From Chrysomallon squamiferum (Eukaryota > Animalia > Mollusca), in the NCBI GenBank assembly GCA_012295275.1, contig CM022677.1, positions 4,340,001-4,404,000 of the forward strand: 64,000 bases of DNA. Reading direction: 5' to 3'. The notes beneath the pieces were generated by a model, which saw only the letters and a program-made list of their open reading frames with translations, had not been told where the DNA came from and ran no database searches. The position numbers and the translations under genes were made by a program. Below, piece by piece: positions 28,505 to 40,466 of the stretch. Position 1 is the stretch's first letter; each line of letters begins with the position of its first letter.

Positions 28505-29165
28505 TCATTATAAACGTGTGTATGGGTTCTATTCGAGTAATAATATATTATGTATTAAATACATTATATCATTCATTATAAACATGTGTGTATTCGTTTT
28601 ATAATATTTTGTTGTAACGAATCTAAACATAATATCATTCATTATAAACATGTGTGTATGGGTTCTATTCGAGTAATAATATATTATGTATTAAATACAT
28701 AATATCATTCACTATAAACATGTGTGTATGGGTTCTATTCGAGTAATAATATATTATGTATTAAATACATTATATCATTCATTATAAACATGTGTGTATG
28801 GGTTCTATTCGAGTAATAATATATTATGTATTAAATACATTATATCATTCACTATAAACATGTGTGTATGGGTTCATTTCGAGTAATAATATATTATGTA
28901 TTAAATACATAATATCATTCACTATAAACATGTGTGTATGGGTTCTATTCGAGTAATAATATATTATGTATTAAATACATTATATCATTCATTATAAACA
29001 TGTGTGTATGGGTTCTATTTGAGTAATAATATATTAGGTATTTAATACATATCTTATATCATTCATTATAAACATGTATGTATGGGTTCTCTGCGAGTAA
29101 TAATATATTAGGTATTTAATACATATCTTATATCATTCATTATAAACGTGTGAATGGGTTCTTTT
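28505..29165. repeat. 70-bp minisatellite, about 9 copies
   Basis: AATATCATTCA(T/C)TATAAACATGTGTGTATGGGTTCTATTCGAGTAATAATATATTATGTATTAAATACAT at 28631, 28701, ... Confidence 0.95.
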
Positions 29166-29829
29166 TGACCAGTGAGCTGCGGTAGAGGGGTTGGAATACA
29201 CGGTTTTCTTTACACAGAATAAAAACACAAGTAACTGCGTTGCATTCCTCTGTTTGCACCGACTGAAAACACAGTTTTGCACTAATTTTCCTGTCTGTTT
29301 TTGTGCTGGTTTGACTCCCCCTTCTTTATCGTTTCGTACTCCGATGATTCGTACTCCGAATAAATAACTTGACAGATAATTCAAATTGTTCATTATACGT
29401 TTCCTTCCATTTTATGTTTTATATTTTATTAACACACTTTTACTGGGTAAATCTTTACCAGAAGTCTTAGTATCTTATGTTTTGATAGATGATTAAGTAC
29501 ATTATTATTTCAAATCAATTTAAAAAATAAATAAATGAAATAAAACATTATCTCATATGAACCAAACACTTTTCAATCTAAAATGTGTAGCTTTTTTAAC
29601 ACAATCATCAAGGATTCTAACATCAATCAATTTAAAAAAAATAATTTCTATTTATCTCATACTTGACTACTTGGTCCTGTGTCTGATCCAAACATTCTGA
29701 ATACTGATCTACATCTGATTACAAGTTGCGTGAACAACATTGTGACTTTGAATCTATATTCACAGTTTTTAAATTGCTCAGTAAATGTAGTGTATGCTTC
29801 ACACAAGTAACAGTTTTTAAAACATTTCA

Positions 29830-32800
29830 ATATTCTCCAAACATTCAGTTCTTCACATTTGTTTTTGAGATGTTCATCTTCTGTTTGCTTAGTTCAGGAT
29901 CATCAGACAACTTTAAAAACTTGGAGGCAAACTTGACAAGGTCATTTAGAATCAAAGCCACTTCTCAGTGTATTCATTCTTTCTCAAAACAAGCTCATGA
30001 TAAAGAACCCTGGAGAATTTTTTTTTAAAAGTTATAATTAAAATATAAATAATATTCAGAGTTATATAAATTATATTGAAATGTCCTTGATTATAAATAT
30101 TTACCTGGAAATGAAGACTATACAATATGACAGGTAAAATGAAGACTAGATGTAATTGAAATGAGATGTGTTGAGACTTAACAGTAGAAAGTTGAGATGA
30201 GAAGTAACAGACTGTAGTATCAGTCTTCATTTCTGCAGTCTGTTACTGAAAACTGAAAACACAAACAGCTGTGTTAATTAAAGTGAAAATGTAGATGTTT
30301 TTCTCTCACACTTTCATTATCAATAATAACAATAATGTCCATCATCTGAAGCAGACCTTTTCAAATTATTTTTCACTTGTAATCAGAAAGTTATTTTAGT
30401 GAACTTCATGGTTACTGAAAGGTCTGAGAGACAAGTTCACATTTATTTACCAATCAAGCAGCCTGTTAAACTAGCATGATGGGTGATGTGAAACATCTGA
30501 CAGTCAACTGTAACTCTCCTCTGATTTCTCTGCTTTCTTGTGTGAGAATTTGCTGTGTTTAGATTTCTGTACTCTGTGTACAGCAACCAGCTTGTGTCTG
30601 AAAAATAAAACATTGAAAACAAAACAGATGCTAGCATTATAAATGTAATGTACACACAGTTTACTTACCAATCACTCAGTCTGTTAACTAGCACTGGGTG
30701 TGTGATGTAAAACATCTGATAGTATTACAAATGTAATGTACACACAGTTTACTTACCAATCACTCAGTCTGTTAACTAGCACTGGATGTGTGATGTAAAA
30801 CATCTGATACTATTACAAATGTAATGTACACACAGTTTACTTACCAATCACTCAGTCTGTTAACTAGCACTGGATGTGTGATGTAAAACATCTGATACTA
30901 TTACAAATGTAATGTACACACAGTTTACTTACCAATCACTCAGTCTGTTAACTAGCACTGGATGTGTGATGTAAAACATCTGATAGTATTACAAATGTAA
31001 TGTACACACAGTTTACTTACCAATCACTCAGTCTGTTAACTAGCACTGGATGTGTGATGTAAAACATCTGATAGTATTACAAATGTAATGTACACACAGT
31101 TTACTTACCAATCACTCAGTCTGTTAACTAGCACTGGATGTGTGATGTAAAACATCTGATAGTAACAGTATTACAAATGTAATGTACACACAGTTTACTT
31201 ACCAATCACTCAGTCTGTTAACTAGCACTGGATGTGTGATGTAAAACATCTGATATTACAAAAGCCGATATTACAAATGTACACACACAGTTTACAAATG
31301 TAAACTGTACATCACAGTTTACTTAATGTACCAATCACTCAGTCTGTTAACTAGCACTGGATGTGTGATGTAAAACATCTGATACTATTACAAATGTAAT
31401 GTACACACAGTTTACTTACCAATCACTCAGTCTGTTAACTAGCACTGGATGTGTGATGTAAAACATCTGATAGTATTACAAATGTAATGTACACACAGTT
31501 TACTTACCAATCACTCAGTCTGTTAACTAGCACTGGATGTGTGATGTAAAACATCTGATAGTATTACAAATGTAATGTACACACAGTTTACTTACCAATC
31601 ACTCAGTCTGTTAACTAGCACTGGATGTGTGATGTAAAACATCTGATAGTATTACAGGATGTGTGATGTAAAACATCTGATAGTATTACAAATGTGTGAT
31701 GTAAAACATCTGATAGTATTACAAAATGTAATGTACACACAGTTTACCAATCACTCAGTCTGTTAACTAGCAATGTGTGATGTAAAACATCTGATAGTAT
31801 TACAAATGTAATGTACACACAGTTTACTTACCAATCACTCAGTCTGTTAACTAGCACTGGATGTGTGATGGATGTAAACATCTGATCTGATAAATGTAAC
31901 CAATCACTGAGTCTGTTAACTAGCTGGATTCTGAATAACAGTATTACAAATGTAATGTACACACAGTTTACAAACTAGCACTGGATGTGTGATGTAAAAC
32001 ATCTGATACAGTATTACAAATGTAATGTACACACAGTTTACTTACCAATCACTCAGTCTGTTAACTAGCACTGGATGTGTGATGTAAAACATCTGATAGT
32101 ATTACAAATGTAATGTACACACAGTTTACTTACCAATCACTCAGTCTGTTAACTAGCACTGGATGTGTGATGTAAAACATCTGATAGTATCAGTATTACA
32201 AATGTAATGTACACACAGTTTACTTACCAATCACTGAGTCTGTTAACTAGCACTGGATGTGTGATGTAAAACATCTGATAGTAACAGTATTATTACAAAT
32301 GTAATGTACACACAGTTTACTTACCAATCACTCAGTCTGTTAACTAGCACTGGATGTGTGATGTAAAACATCTGATAGTATTACAAATGTAATGTACACA
32401 CAGTTTACTTACCAATCACTGAGTCTGTTAACTAGCACTGGATGTGTGATGTAAAACATCTGATAGTATTACAAATGTAATGTACACACAGTTTACTTAC
32501 CAATCACTCAGTCTGTTAACTAGCACTGGATGTGTGATGTAAAACATCTGATAGTAACAGTATTACAAATGTAATGTACACACAGTTTACTTACCAATCA
32601 CTCAGTCTGTTAACTAGCACTGGATGTGTGATGTAAAACATCTGATAGTATTACAAATGTAATGTACACACAGTTTACTTACCAATCACTCAGTCTGTTA
32701 ACTAGCACTGGATGTGTGATGTAAAACATCTGATAGTATTACAAATGTAATGTACACACAGTTTACTTACCAATCACTCAGTCTGTTAACTAGCACTGGA

Positions 32801-34380
32801 TGTGTGATGTAAAACATCTGATAGTATTAACTAGCACTGGATGTGTGATGTAAAACATCTGATAGTATTACAAATGTAATGTACACACAGTTTACTTACC
32901 AATCACTCAGTCTGTTAACTAGCACTGGATGTGTGATGTAAAACATCTGATAGTAACAGTATTACAAATGTAATGTACACACAGTTTACTTACCAATCAC
33001 TCAGTCTGTTAACTAGCACTGGATGTGTGATGTAAAACATCTGATAGTAACAGTATTACAAATGTAATGTACACACAGTTTACTTACCAATCACTGAGTC
33101 TGTTAACTAGCACTGGATGTGTGATGTAAAACATCTGATAGTAACAGTATTACAAATGTAATGTACACACAGTTTACTTACCAATCACTGAGTCTGTTAA
33201 CTAGCACTGGATGTGTGATGTAAAACATCTGATAGTAACAGTATTACAAATGTAATGTACACACAGTTTACTTACCAATCACTCAGTCTGTTAACTAGCA
33301 CTGGATGTGTGATGTAAAACATCTGATAGTAACAGTATTACAAATGTAATGTACACACAGTTTACTTACCAATCACTCAGTCTGTTAACTAGCACTGGAT
33401 GTGTGATGTAAAACATCTGATAGTATTACAAATGTAATGTACACACAGTTTACTTACCAATCACTCAGTCTGTTAACTAGCACTGGATGTGTGATGTAAA
33501 ACATCTGATAGTTTACAAATCAGTCTGTTAATGTACTGGATGTGTGACACACATCTGTTTATTACAAATGTAATGTACACAAGTTTACACTCAGTCTCTG
33601 TTAACTAGCACTGGATGTGTGATGTAAAACATCTGATAGTATTACAAATGTAATGTACACACAGTTTACTTACCAATCACTCAGTCTGTTAACTAGCACT
33701 GGATGTGTGATGTAAAACATCTGATAGTATTACAAATGTAATGTACACACAGTTTACTTACCAATCACTCAGTCTGTTAACTAGCACTGGATGTGTGATG
33801 TAAAACATCTGATAGTATTACAAATGTAATGTACACACAGTTTACTTACCAATCACTCAGTCTGTTAACTAGCACTGGATGTGTGATGTAAAACATCTGA
33901 TAGTAACAGTATTACAAATGTAATGTACACACAGTTTACTTACCAATCACTGAGTCTGTTAACTAGCACTGGATGTGTGATGTAAAACATCTGACAGTAA
34001 CAGTATCAGAAATATATTTTGATCATTTTAAATCAGAGTAATATTTTCAACAGTAAAGAAGAACAGTTAATTTAACTGAAATAAAATTAAGTGAAAGTGC
34101 ATTTCAGTGTCTCATCTACACCTATCAGTATTTACATAGAAACAATAAAATTATATATAATAATATTAATATTAAAACATTCTCAGGTGGCATTAAGTAA
34201 TTTATTATTTTAAAGTTTATAAAATCTGGTAGTAAACTGAATTACATGTCCATTATATCTTTTTCTCTCAAATTTCCCTCAAAATCTAGAATTGGCAAAC
34301 TGATTGTTCTTCCATCAATTGCACACTGCAGACTGGGTCAAGTGGTCAACCTTTTTCTGGTCAGCCAGGGCTTGTTTATA
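29830..34380 (-). pseudogene. DHX8: DHX8/PRP22 DEAH-box helicase 3' exons, decayed (unprocessed pseudogene fragment)
   Basis: Exon 34380-34246 YKQALADQKK..DHLT..VCN*WKNNQFAN..IMD; exon 30597-30451 HKL..RVQKS...HPSC*FNRLLDW; exon 30009 to about 29830 VLYHELVL..EY..LVKFASKFLKLSD..LSKQK..NKCEELNVWRI. These are collinear with the DHX8 C-terminus (DKQALADQKK..GDHLTLL..WKNN; RHKL; HPSSALFNRQPEW; VVYHELVLTTKEY..EEPNAWRIS). Split codons agree at the junctions. Confidence 0.85.
30640..34006 (-). repeat. 88/94-bp minisatellite, about 38 copies, derived from a DHX8 exon 3' end plus its 5' splice site
   Basis: Period 88 (ACTTACC at 30663, 30751, ...). Minus-strand unit CAGATGTTTTACATCACACATCCAGTGCTAGTTAACAGACTGAGTGATTG|GTAAGTAAACTG... 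aligns with the single-copy exon end at 30451-30505. Confidence 0.9.
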
Positions 34381-35599
34381 CTGCAAAGTAAATAAATAAA
34401 AATAATTGGTCCAAAAAAAAATCAAAAACAAAAACTACATTTTTATCAGTGATAACCCTCAACTGAGAGTACTAGACTGTCTCCTGGGCTGATCTGATTC
34501 TGACAAACACAAATTATTTATATTACTGATTCAGAAAGAATTTTGAAACACGACAAGAACAACAACTACTACTTCTAATAATAATAATAATAAAATAATA
34601 ACAACAATAATAATAAAAAAATATAAAAATAAACTAATTAAGCAATTAAAAATAAAGAACAAATAAATGGAACCTTAAAAAAAAGTAATATTTCAAAAAA
34701 TATAATAAATAAAATATATATTATTTTATAACAAATAAAGAAATAAAAATTAAAAGTAATACAGCTATCTGTTGAAATGAATGCCTCACCTGAATTTACT
34801 GTTATATAATGTTTATACTCACTTCTCATTAGTGTTTTGTTTTTTGACATTCTGCTAGAAAACCTGCAAGTTACAGTCAATTAATTCTGTCTAGTGCATT
34901 AATGAAACAAGTTTTTACTTTCTGAATGTTTTATCAGGTGAAACAAAAACAAATAAAAACACAAAGAACCCACATTTATCAGTTTTGCCTGATTACTATG
35001 GATTTTGTCCTTGCTGACTTTCTCTCTTTTTTTAATTTCTTGTTTTGTTTTATAATGTTTTATTTCTTTGTTATAAAATATGAATTACTAGTATCCCATT
35101 TCACGAACCTCTCCAAATCAATCGAGTATATACATATTATTCAAACTGCTGTATTTCTAAAAAATAACAGAAAGAAATAATTTAAAAAATAAAAAAATAA
35201 AAAAATATAAAATTCTTTCATATTTTGAAACAACAGAAACTTGATAAAGGTTATGTCAGTTTTTCCCAGACTTTCTTTGTGTCATTTTGTAGTGTTTGTT
35301 TTAAAATGTATACTCAACATTTGGAAACTCTAGCACAAGTAGTTATCATACATCATCTTTCTAAAAATGTTAGGATAGTACAAAAAAGATGAATGATAAA
35401 AAAAATAAACAAATGAAGTTTAAAAACCATATTTCCATTTATTATGTCTGTTGGGGTTATGTTATGTATCATTATCATGTAATCTGTGTATATGCATTTC
35501 CTTTTACAAAAACCCTGAAACATTTATCTGAAAAAATTAACTTTTTTATGTATATTTTCTAACACAATTTTGTTTATTAAAATTGTGTTATTTTTCATC

Positions 35600-35750
35600 C
35601 AGTGTGACACTTAAATGTATCCAGTCACACAGACACAGCTTTAAACTTTACATCTTAAACATTCTAGCAAATTCCTCAGCTTTTCTAAATAACACAGACC
35701 CAGATACTGGGAGATTTTTACCCCTCGCAAGTTTTAACCATTTCAAAGTT
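35600..35750 (-). mobile_element. Tigger/pogo CENP-B-type HTH transposase fragment
   Basis: LKWLKLARGKNLPVSGSVLFRKAEEFARMF/DVKFKAVSV*LDTFKCHTG matches the HTH_CENPB pattern W...R.KN.PVSG..L..KA..FA......FKAS.GWL..FK.RHG. Confidence 0.75.
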
Positions 35751-37659
35751 CCAGTTTGTGTGTTAAATTCAGATAGACATTTATTTGCAGAATAGAAAAA
35801 AAAAAAAAAGCATTATTTATCTCAGATAATTACTATTACGTTACACTTTCAGAATTTGTTATTTTATCATCTTACCATTTCAAATTATTACTTGAAAATA
35901 TAAATGTTTCCATATTTTAATAGTCAAATCCTGCATTAATATTAAACAATTAGTGTAAGTAATGTAACTTGTTTATCTCTTAATTGAGTGTAATGAATCA
36001 TAATCTCAGTGAGAAGGAAGAAACTTGATTCAAAAGGATGAAGACAAACAAATGGATCTGAAAATAAAATATCATGATACTGTATATAGCCCGTATATAC
36101 TGTTTTTTTTCTATTCTGCAAATAAATGTCTATGTAAATTTAACATACAAACTGGAACTTTGAAATGGTTAAAACATACAAAGGGTAATTTTCTTATTTC
36201 AATTCTTTTCAAATATCCAAGTCGACTATTTAAGATTTTATTTCTGATATAAGTGTGTACAGTCTATATATCTGCTATTAACGTTCTTATTTCAGTTATT
36301 TGCAAACACCACAAGTAAACTATTTAAATTTTAGCTTTTATGTTCCCTTTGTGATATAAATGTAAGTTTGCCTAATATATAACTGTATTATAAAATACAA
36401 ACGATCTGATACTTGAACATAAAAATAAAATTTTATTAAGAAGTTCAAGCTTACCTTATTCTACTTCTGCATCTTCAAAATCAGTCAGGGTCATGGACTG
36501 GACATGTTTGATACTTTGAGGTGAGGAGGAAACTTACTGATAGTCACCATGTTGAGAGTTTTCTGTTTGTGTTTAGTTTCACAGGACAAAGTAGGACTGC
36601 GTTTCTGAAAGTGAAGATGTTGATAAAACTCTAAGGATTAAACAAAAAAAAGTTTTAAATTACCAAACAGATTTACACATACAGTAGAAATGTTGGTATG
36701 GTTATCAGTTTAATGTGTTTGATCATAACCATAATAAGGTAAAGGCAACATGAAGATCATTTATATCTTAGATTACACAGTAACATAACACAAAATGACA
36801 TATTGTACCTCAGTAGATTTTGTGAATCTCACCATTTTAAAAGTAAATATGATTTACAAAATATAATATCAAAAGCTGACAAAAACTCAAGATGTCACTG
36901 GATCACATGACTTCATGATCAAATTCACAACTTCTAATGTATGCTATGTCACCTGTATGCTGATTAAGTAGATTACTTTCAAATCAGTTACTAAAGCTGC
37001 AGAGAATTTCTACTACCTTTTTCTATGTATGAGCGGCTTTTGTCTGCCGGTGCATTTTTTGATTGGACGGGTTTTTGTCCTGAGGGGCTTTTGGCTGTGT
37101 TCACAGTTTTACATCTTAGTTATATTAACAAACAATGTGCTTCATCAGTAAATTAACAAATGTTAAATACTTAATTTGAAAAGTCGGTCATGAAAGTTTC
37201 TATTTACTCAAATCAACTAATTTGCACATTAAAATGACTTACTTACTAAGGCCTGCTGTCCAGTGACTGTCCACCTGACACACATGAGATGTCAAAGTCA
37301 GGTCTGAGGCAGTCAAATGTTATTTTACAGTCAGGAAGAACCATGAGATGTTCGGCAAATTTCTGTAGGGAAAAAAAAACAGAATTTTGTTTTACGTTTT
37401 AATTTGCCACTAGTTATATAGATAAACAGTTATTGCTGATGATATGAAAAAGATATCTAGACTAATTCATTGAACAAAAAGTATGTTAAGAATTGTTCAA
37501 TCTCTACATTATTTAGTTGTTATTTAAAATTTCAATAATTTTGAAAAGCAATTATTTATGAAGAAACATGACATAAGAAAAATAATATTAATAATAAAAT
37601 AATTCAAAAAAGGAGGGAACTCACCCAGGATATCTAATAGTGGCAGAGTTGATGATGGA

Positions 37660-37794
37660 ATGAATTCTGACGAGTTCATAGGATGTGACGCGTGCCCAAA
37701 TTGGTATTGTCTTGATTCTTGCGCAAATCTTGAAATCCCAGCGGTGCAGACTAAAGATATTGTATTCTTGTGTGATATTTGTCAAGGAATTTAG
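37660..37794 (+). pseudogene. PHD-finger C-terminal remnant, probably transposon-derived
   Basis: MNSDEFIGCDACPNWYCLDSCANLEIPAVQTKDIVFLCDICQGI*; the first Cys pair is missing. Confidence 0.55.
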
Positions 37795-38099
37795 TTTATT
37801 GAAGTTTTGAATTTGACTTGTATTATTGATTAGGACTAATTATTATTAGTAGTAAACAATGATTATATAGCAATAATCAGTACAACAAATCTGAGGACCA
37901 AACTACTCAGAATTACTATTTTATTTATCATTTTAAGTAGTATTATTGCAATTAGTGTTGTTGTTTAAGCAAAATAAAAAAGTTATGGTTTAAGCGAGAC
38001 AACTCCACTTAACGGCTAAGCCAACACGGATTATCTCCACTTAGTGGGGATAAAAAGTTCGCACATCCACGCCTAAACTGACATTTTTGTGGCAGGAAA

Positions 38100-38200
38100 A
38101 AGGGGGGTGGGGCGTGGCATTTCAAGATGGCGGCACTCAGGGGCGTGTCGTGCGGACGGAAGTGACGTCATGGATGTCGGGAATTACCGGAACGTGTCGG
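38100..38200. promoter_or_regulatory. CpG-rich promoter-like motif cluster
   Basis: GC box GGGGCGTGGC, YY1 site CAAGATGGCGGC, ETS-CRE composite CGGAAGTGACGTCA, and a further ETS-like ACCGGAA within about 100 bp of an otherwise CpG-poor region. Confidence 0.55.
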
Positions 38201-38203
38201 AAG

Positions 38204-38233
38204 GACGGGTTCGAGCACGCCCGTCGTGGCTAG
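38204..38233 (+). mobile_element. Possible Helitron 3' terminus
   Basis: Stem GACGGG (38204-09) / CCCGTC (38220-25), then CTAG (38230-33), followed by T. Confidence 0.35.
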
Positions 38234-38615
38234 TTCCTTTTTTTTTTTTAAATATTATTTAATCAGACGGAATAGTATGAAAATAGAGTGAAAAGAATAG
38301 AAAAATCTACAGATCTTTTTTTGTTTCGTTAATAGTTAACTAATTCTGATGACATAAATTTCTTTTTTATAAAAATAATTTTAATGAGTCTTGTTTATCC
38401 AGATAAAATATATTACAACTGACTTAACACTTAAAATGTTCTTATTTCCATAGGAAATTCTATCACAGTCTCTAACATGAATAAAGAATATTATTCTAGA
38501 AGAACTTACTTTTTTCTTCTTCTTCTTATGAATATCTATTACTGACATTTTCAACTTGAAACAAATGTCATACTGTCTTTCAAGCTGATGATTATGCACG
38601 TTATGTCAGTAAGCA

Positions 38616-39569
38616 CAAGGCTCGAAATTTAAAAAAACAAACATTATGGTTTAGTCGCCTAAAAAGTATTTTTTGGAGCATCTTTTTTTTTTCCTATAAG
38701 TTATAAAACAAGAGCCACTATTAATAATTTTGTAGCAAATATTTTTATCACATAAAAGGTTTGTTCGTAGTTCGATCATTTGAAAGTATCGGCTTACCTT
38801 AATTTGTCAACATGTAAAATGAAATACGAAAATTCTTTATTAATTAAAATAGCCACAAAAATTTAGTCCTAGTTATACAAATCAGCTGGTAAGACATTTT
38901 CAAACAAACCTTGACAAAAATAGAATTATATAATAATAATAATCATAATAATAAGAAGAATAAGGATAAGAATCAGAATAATAATTTATAGTATTATACG
39001 CTTGGATTTTTCAAAAGAAATAACAATTAAAGGAAAGCAACGTGAAATGACTGAGTAAAGTTTAGCGTGGGAAAACGAAAAACAATAGCAAATACAAGGT
39101 TATAGAGTTATCTTCCATGATAACTTGTTCCATTAACCAACCGATAATTATTAACATAAAGATCTAAAAGTTCGCTAAATGTGTTCGTTGGCTTCACTTT
39201 AGCCAATTAAAGGTGGAATTGAAAAGGAAAAACAATAGCAAACAATTAGTTTCAGAGCTATCTCCTATGATAACTTGTTCCGTTAACCAACCGATAATCC
39301 TTTAAAGCAGTGTTTATAAATAGATGTTAGCAAATTATGTAAGCCGATACTTCCAACTTACGGAACTATGGGCACTCGTTTTATGTGAAATAAATATTTC
39401 GATAAAATTATTATAAAATTATTATCTTGTGTTATAACTTTTAGAAAAAAACAGGTCACCCAAATAATATTTTTTGGGGCGAATAACCATAATATTTCCA
39501 ACATCCCAGTCGCCTAAACCGAACTTTGGTCGCATTTGGCGACCTGCTGACTGGCCATTTCGAGCAATG
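38616..39569. mobile_element. Old hAT-like non-autonomous element with long diverged inverted arms
   Basis: Termini CAAGGCTCGAAAT / ATTTCGAGCAATG; inverted arms about 38638-38815 vs 39325-39500; internal direct repeat 39071-39150 / 39221-39298; no TSD retained. Confidence 0.55.
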
Positions 39570-40427
39570 CATAATTATCTCTCTTAAGAAATCTGTCTGT
39601 AATATAAATTGTTATTTTAATACTGTTTAAATATTTCAGTCGGAAGATGTGACTAATTGCTTCTCAGAAAAATGACCAAGCTATTGGATTCAAAAGATAG
39701 TCACTACTGAGCTATCACACGTAACATCTACTGTAACATTGTCAGATACCCAGTCTGATGATCTTCCAGACGACATATGACATACAGCCCACGGTCATAG
39801 CCGTAACCCAGCGTTAAATTCTCCTAAATATCTCCCCGATAATGATAATCTGTTTAGTAAACCATAAGTGAGAATGTTGATTCAGTGATCAGTTCTCCCC
39901 TTCAATTTACTTGCGGTCCTTTTATTGAGACAGAGCAGTATGTGAATATGACAGCTGATGCAGAAGAGATGCTGTATCTTTTATTTTTTTTAAATTTTGT
40001 TTTCTTATTTTTTGTTTTTTATTTATATTTTTGTTTTTGGAAACAATACATATTTTCAGCTGATGTTATTCTATTGTAAAAATATAGTTTAAGCGCATTT
40101 TAGCTACATTCTCACAATAGTCTTAGAATGTTAGAAGTCGAGTTAGACAGAGTAGTAATTTCACATCTCTATAATTAATTCTGAATAGAAGGTGTGGCTC
40201 GGATTTGATCTCGAAGCCTGTTAGTTCAATATTTGGATGATAGCACTCACTGTTAAAATATTTGTTTTGCGTTACTGTTGCAGAATGATTAATGACTGAC
40301 TGTGAGGAAAGGTGTCAGTTTATGTAGTGTCTCAGGCAAAAGCCAGAATGTTGTTGGTTTTGTCTACTTTTTCTTTTTGTCCTCGTGTTTCTGTGTCACT
40401 TTTTCCTCTCTCATAATCTTCCTGACT

Positions 40428-40466
<39 letters not shown>

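Noticed and set aside
31255-33600. Scrambled or partial units inside the 88-bp array (about 31260-31330, 31650-32000, 33510-33600), and similarly at about 59750 and 60170-60250
   Set aside because: Most likely consensus or polishing noise, or ordinary unequal exchange; no higher-order pattern can be supported
30640-34006. CRISPR-like regular repeat array (also 55.5-61.4 kb)
   Set aside because: Units are head-to-tail with no unique spacers, the context is eukaryotic, and there are no cas genes
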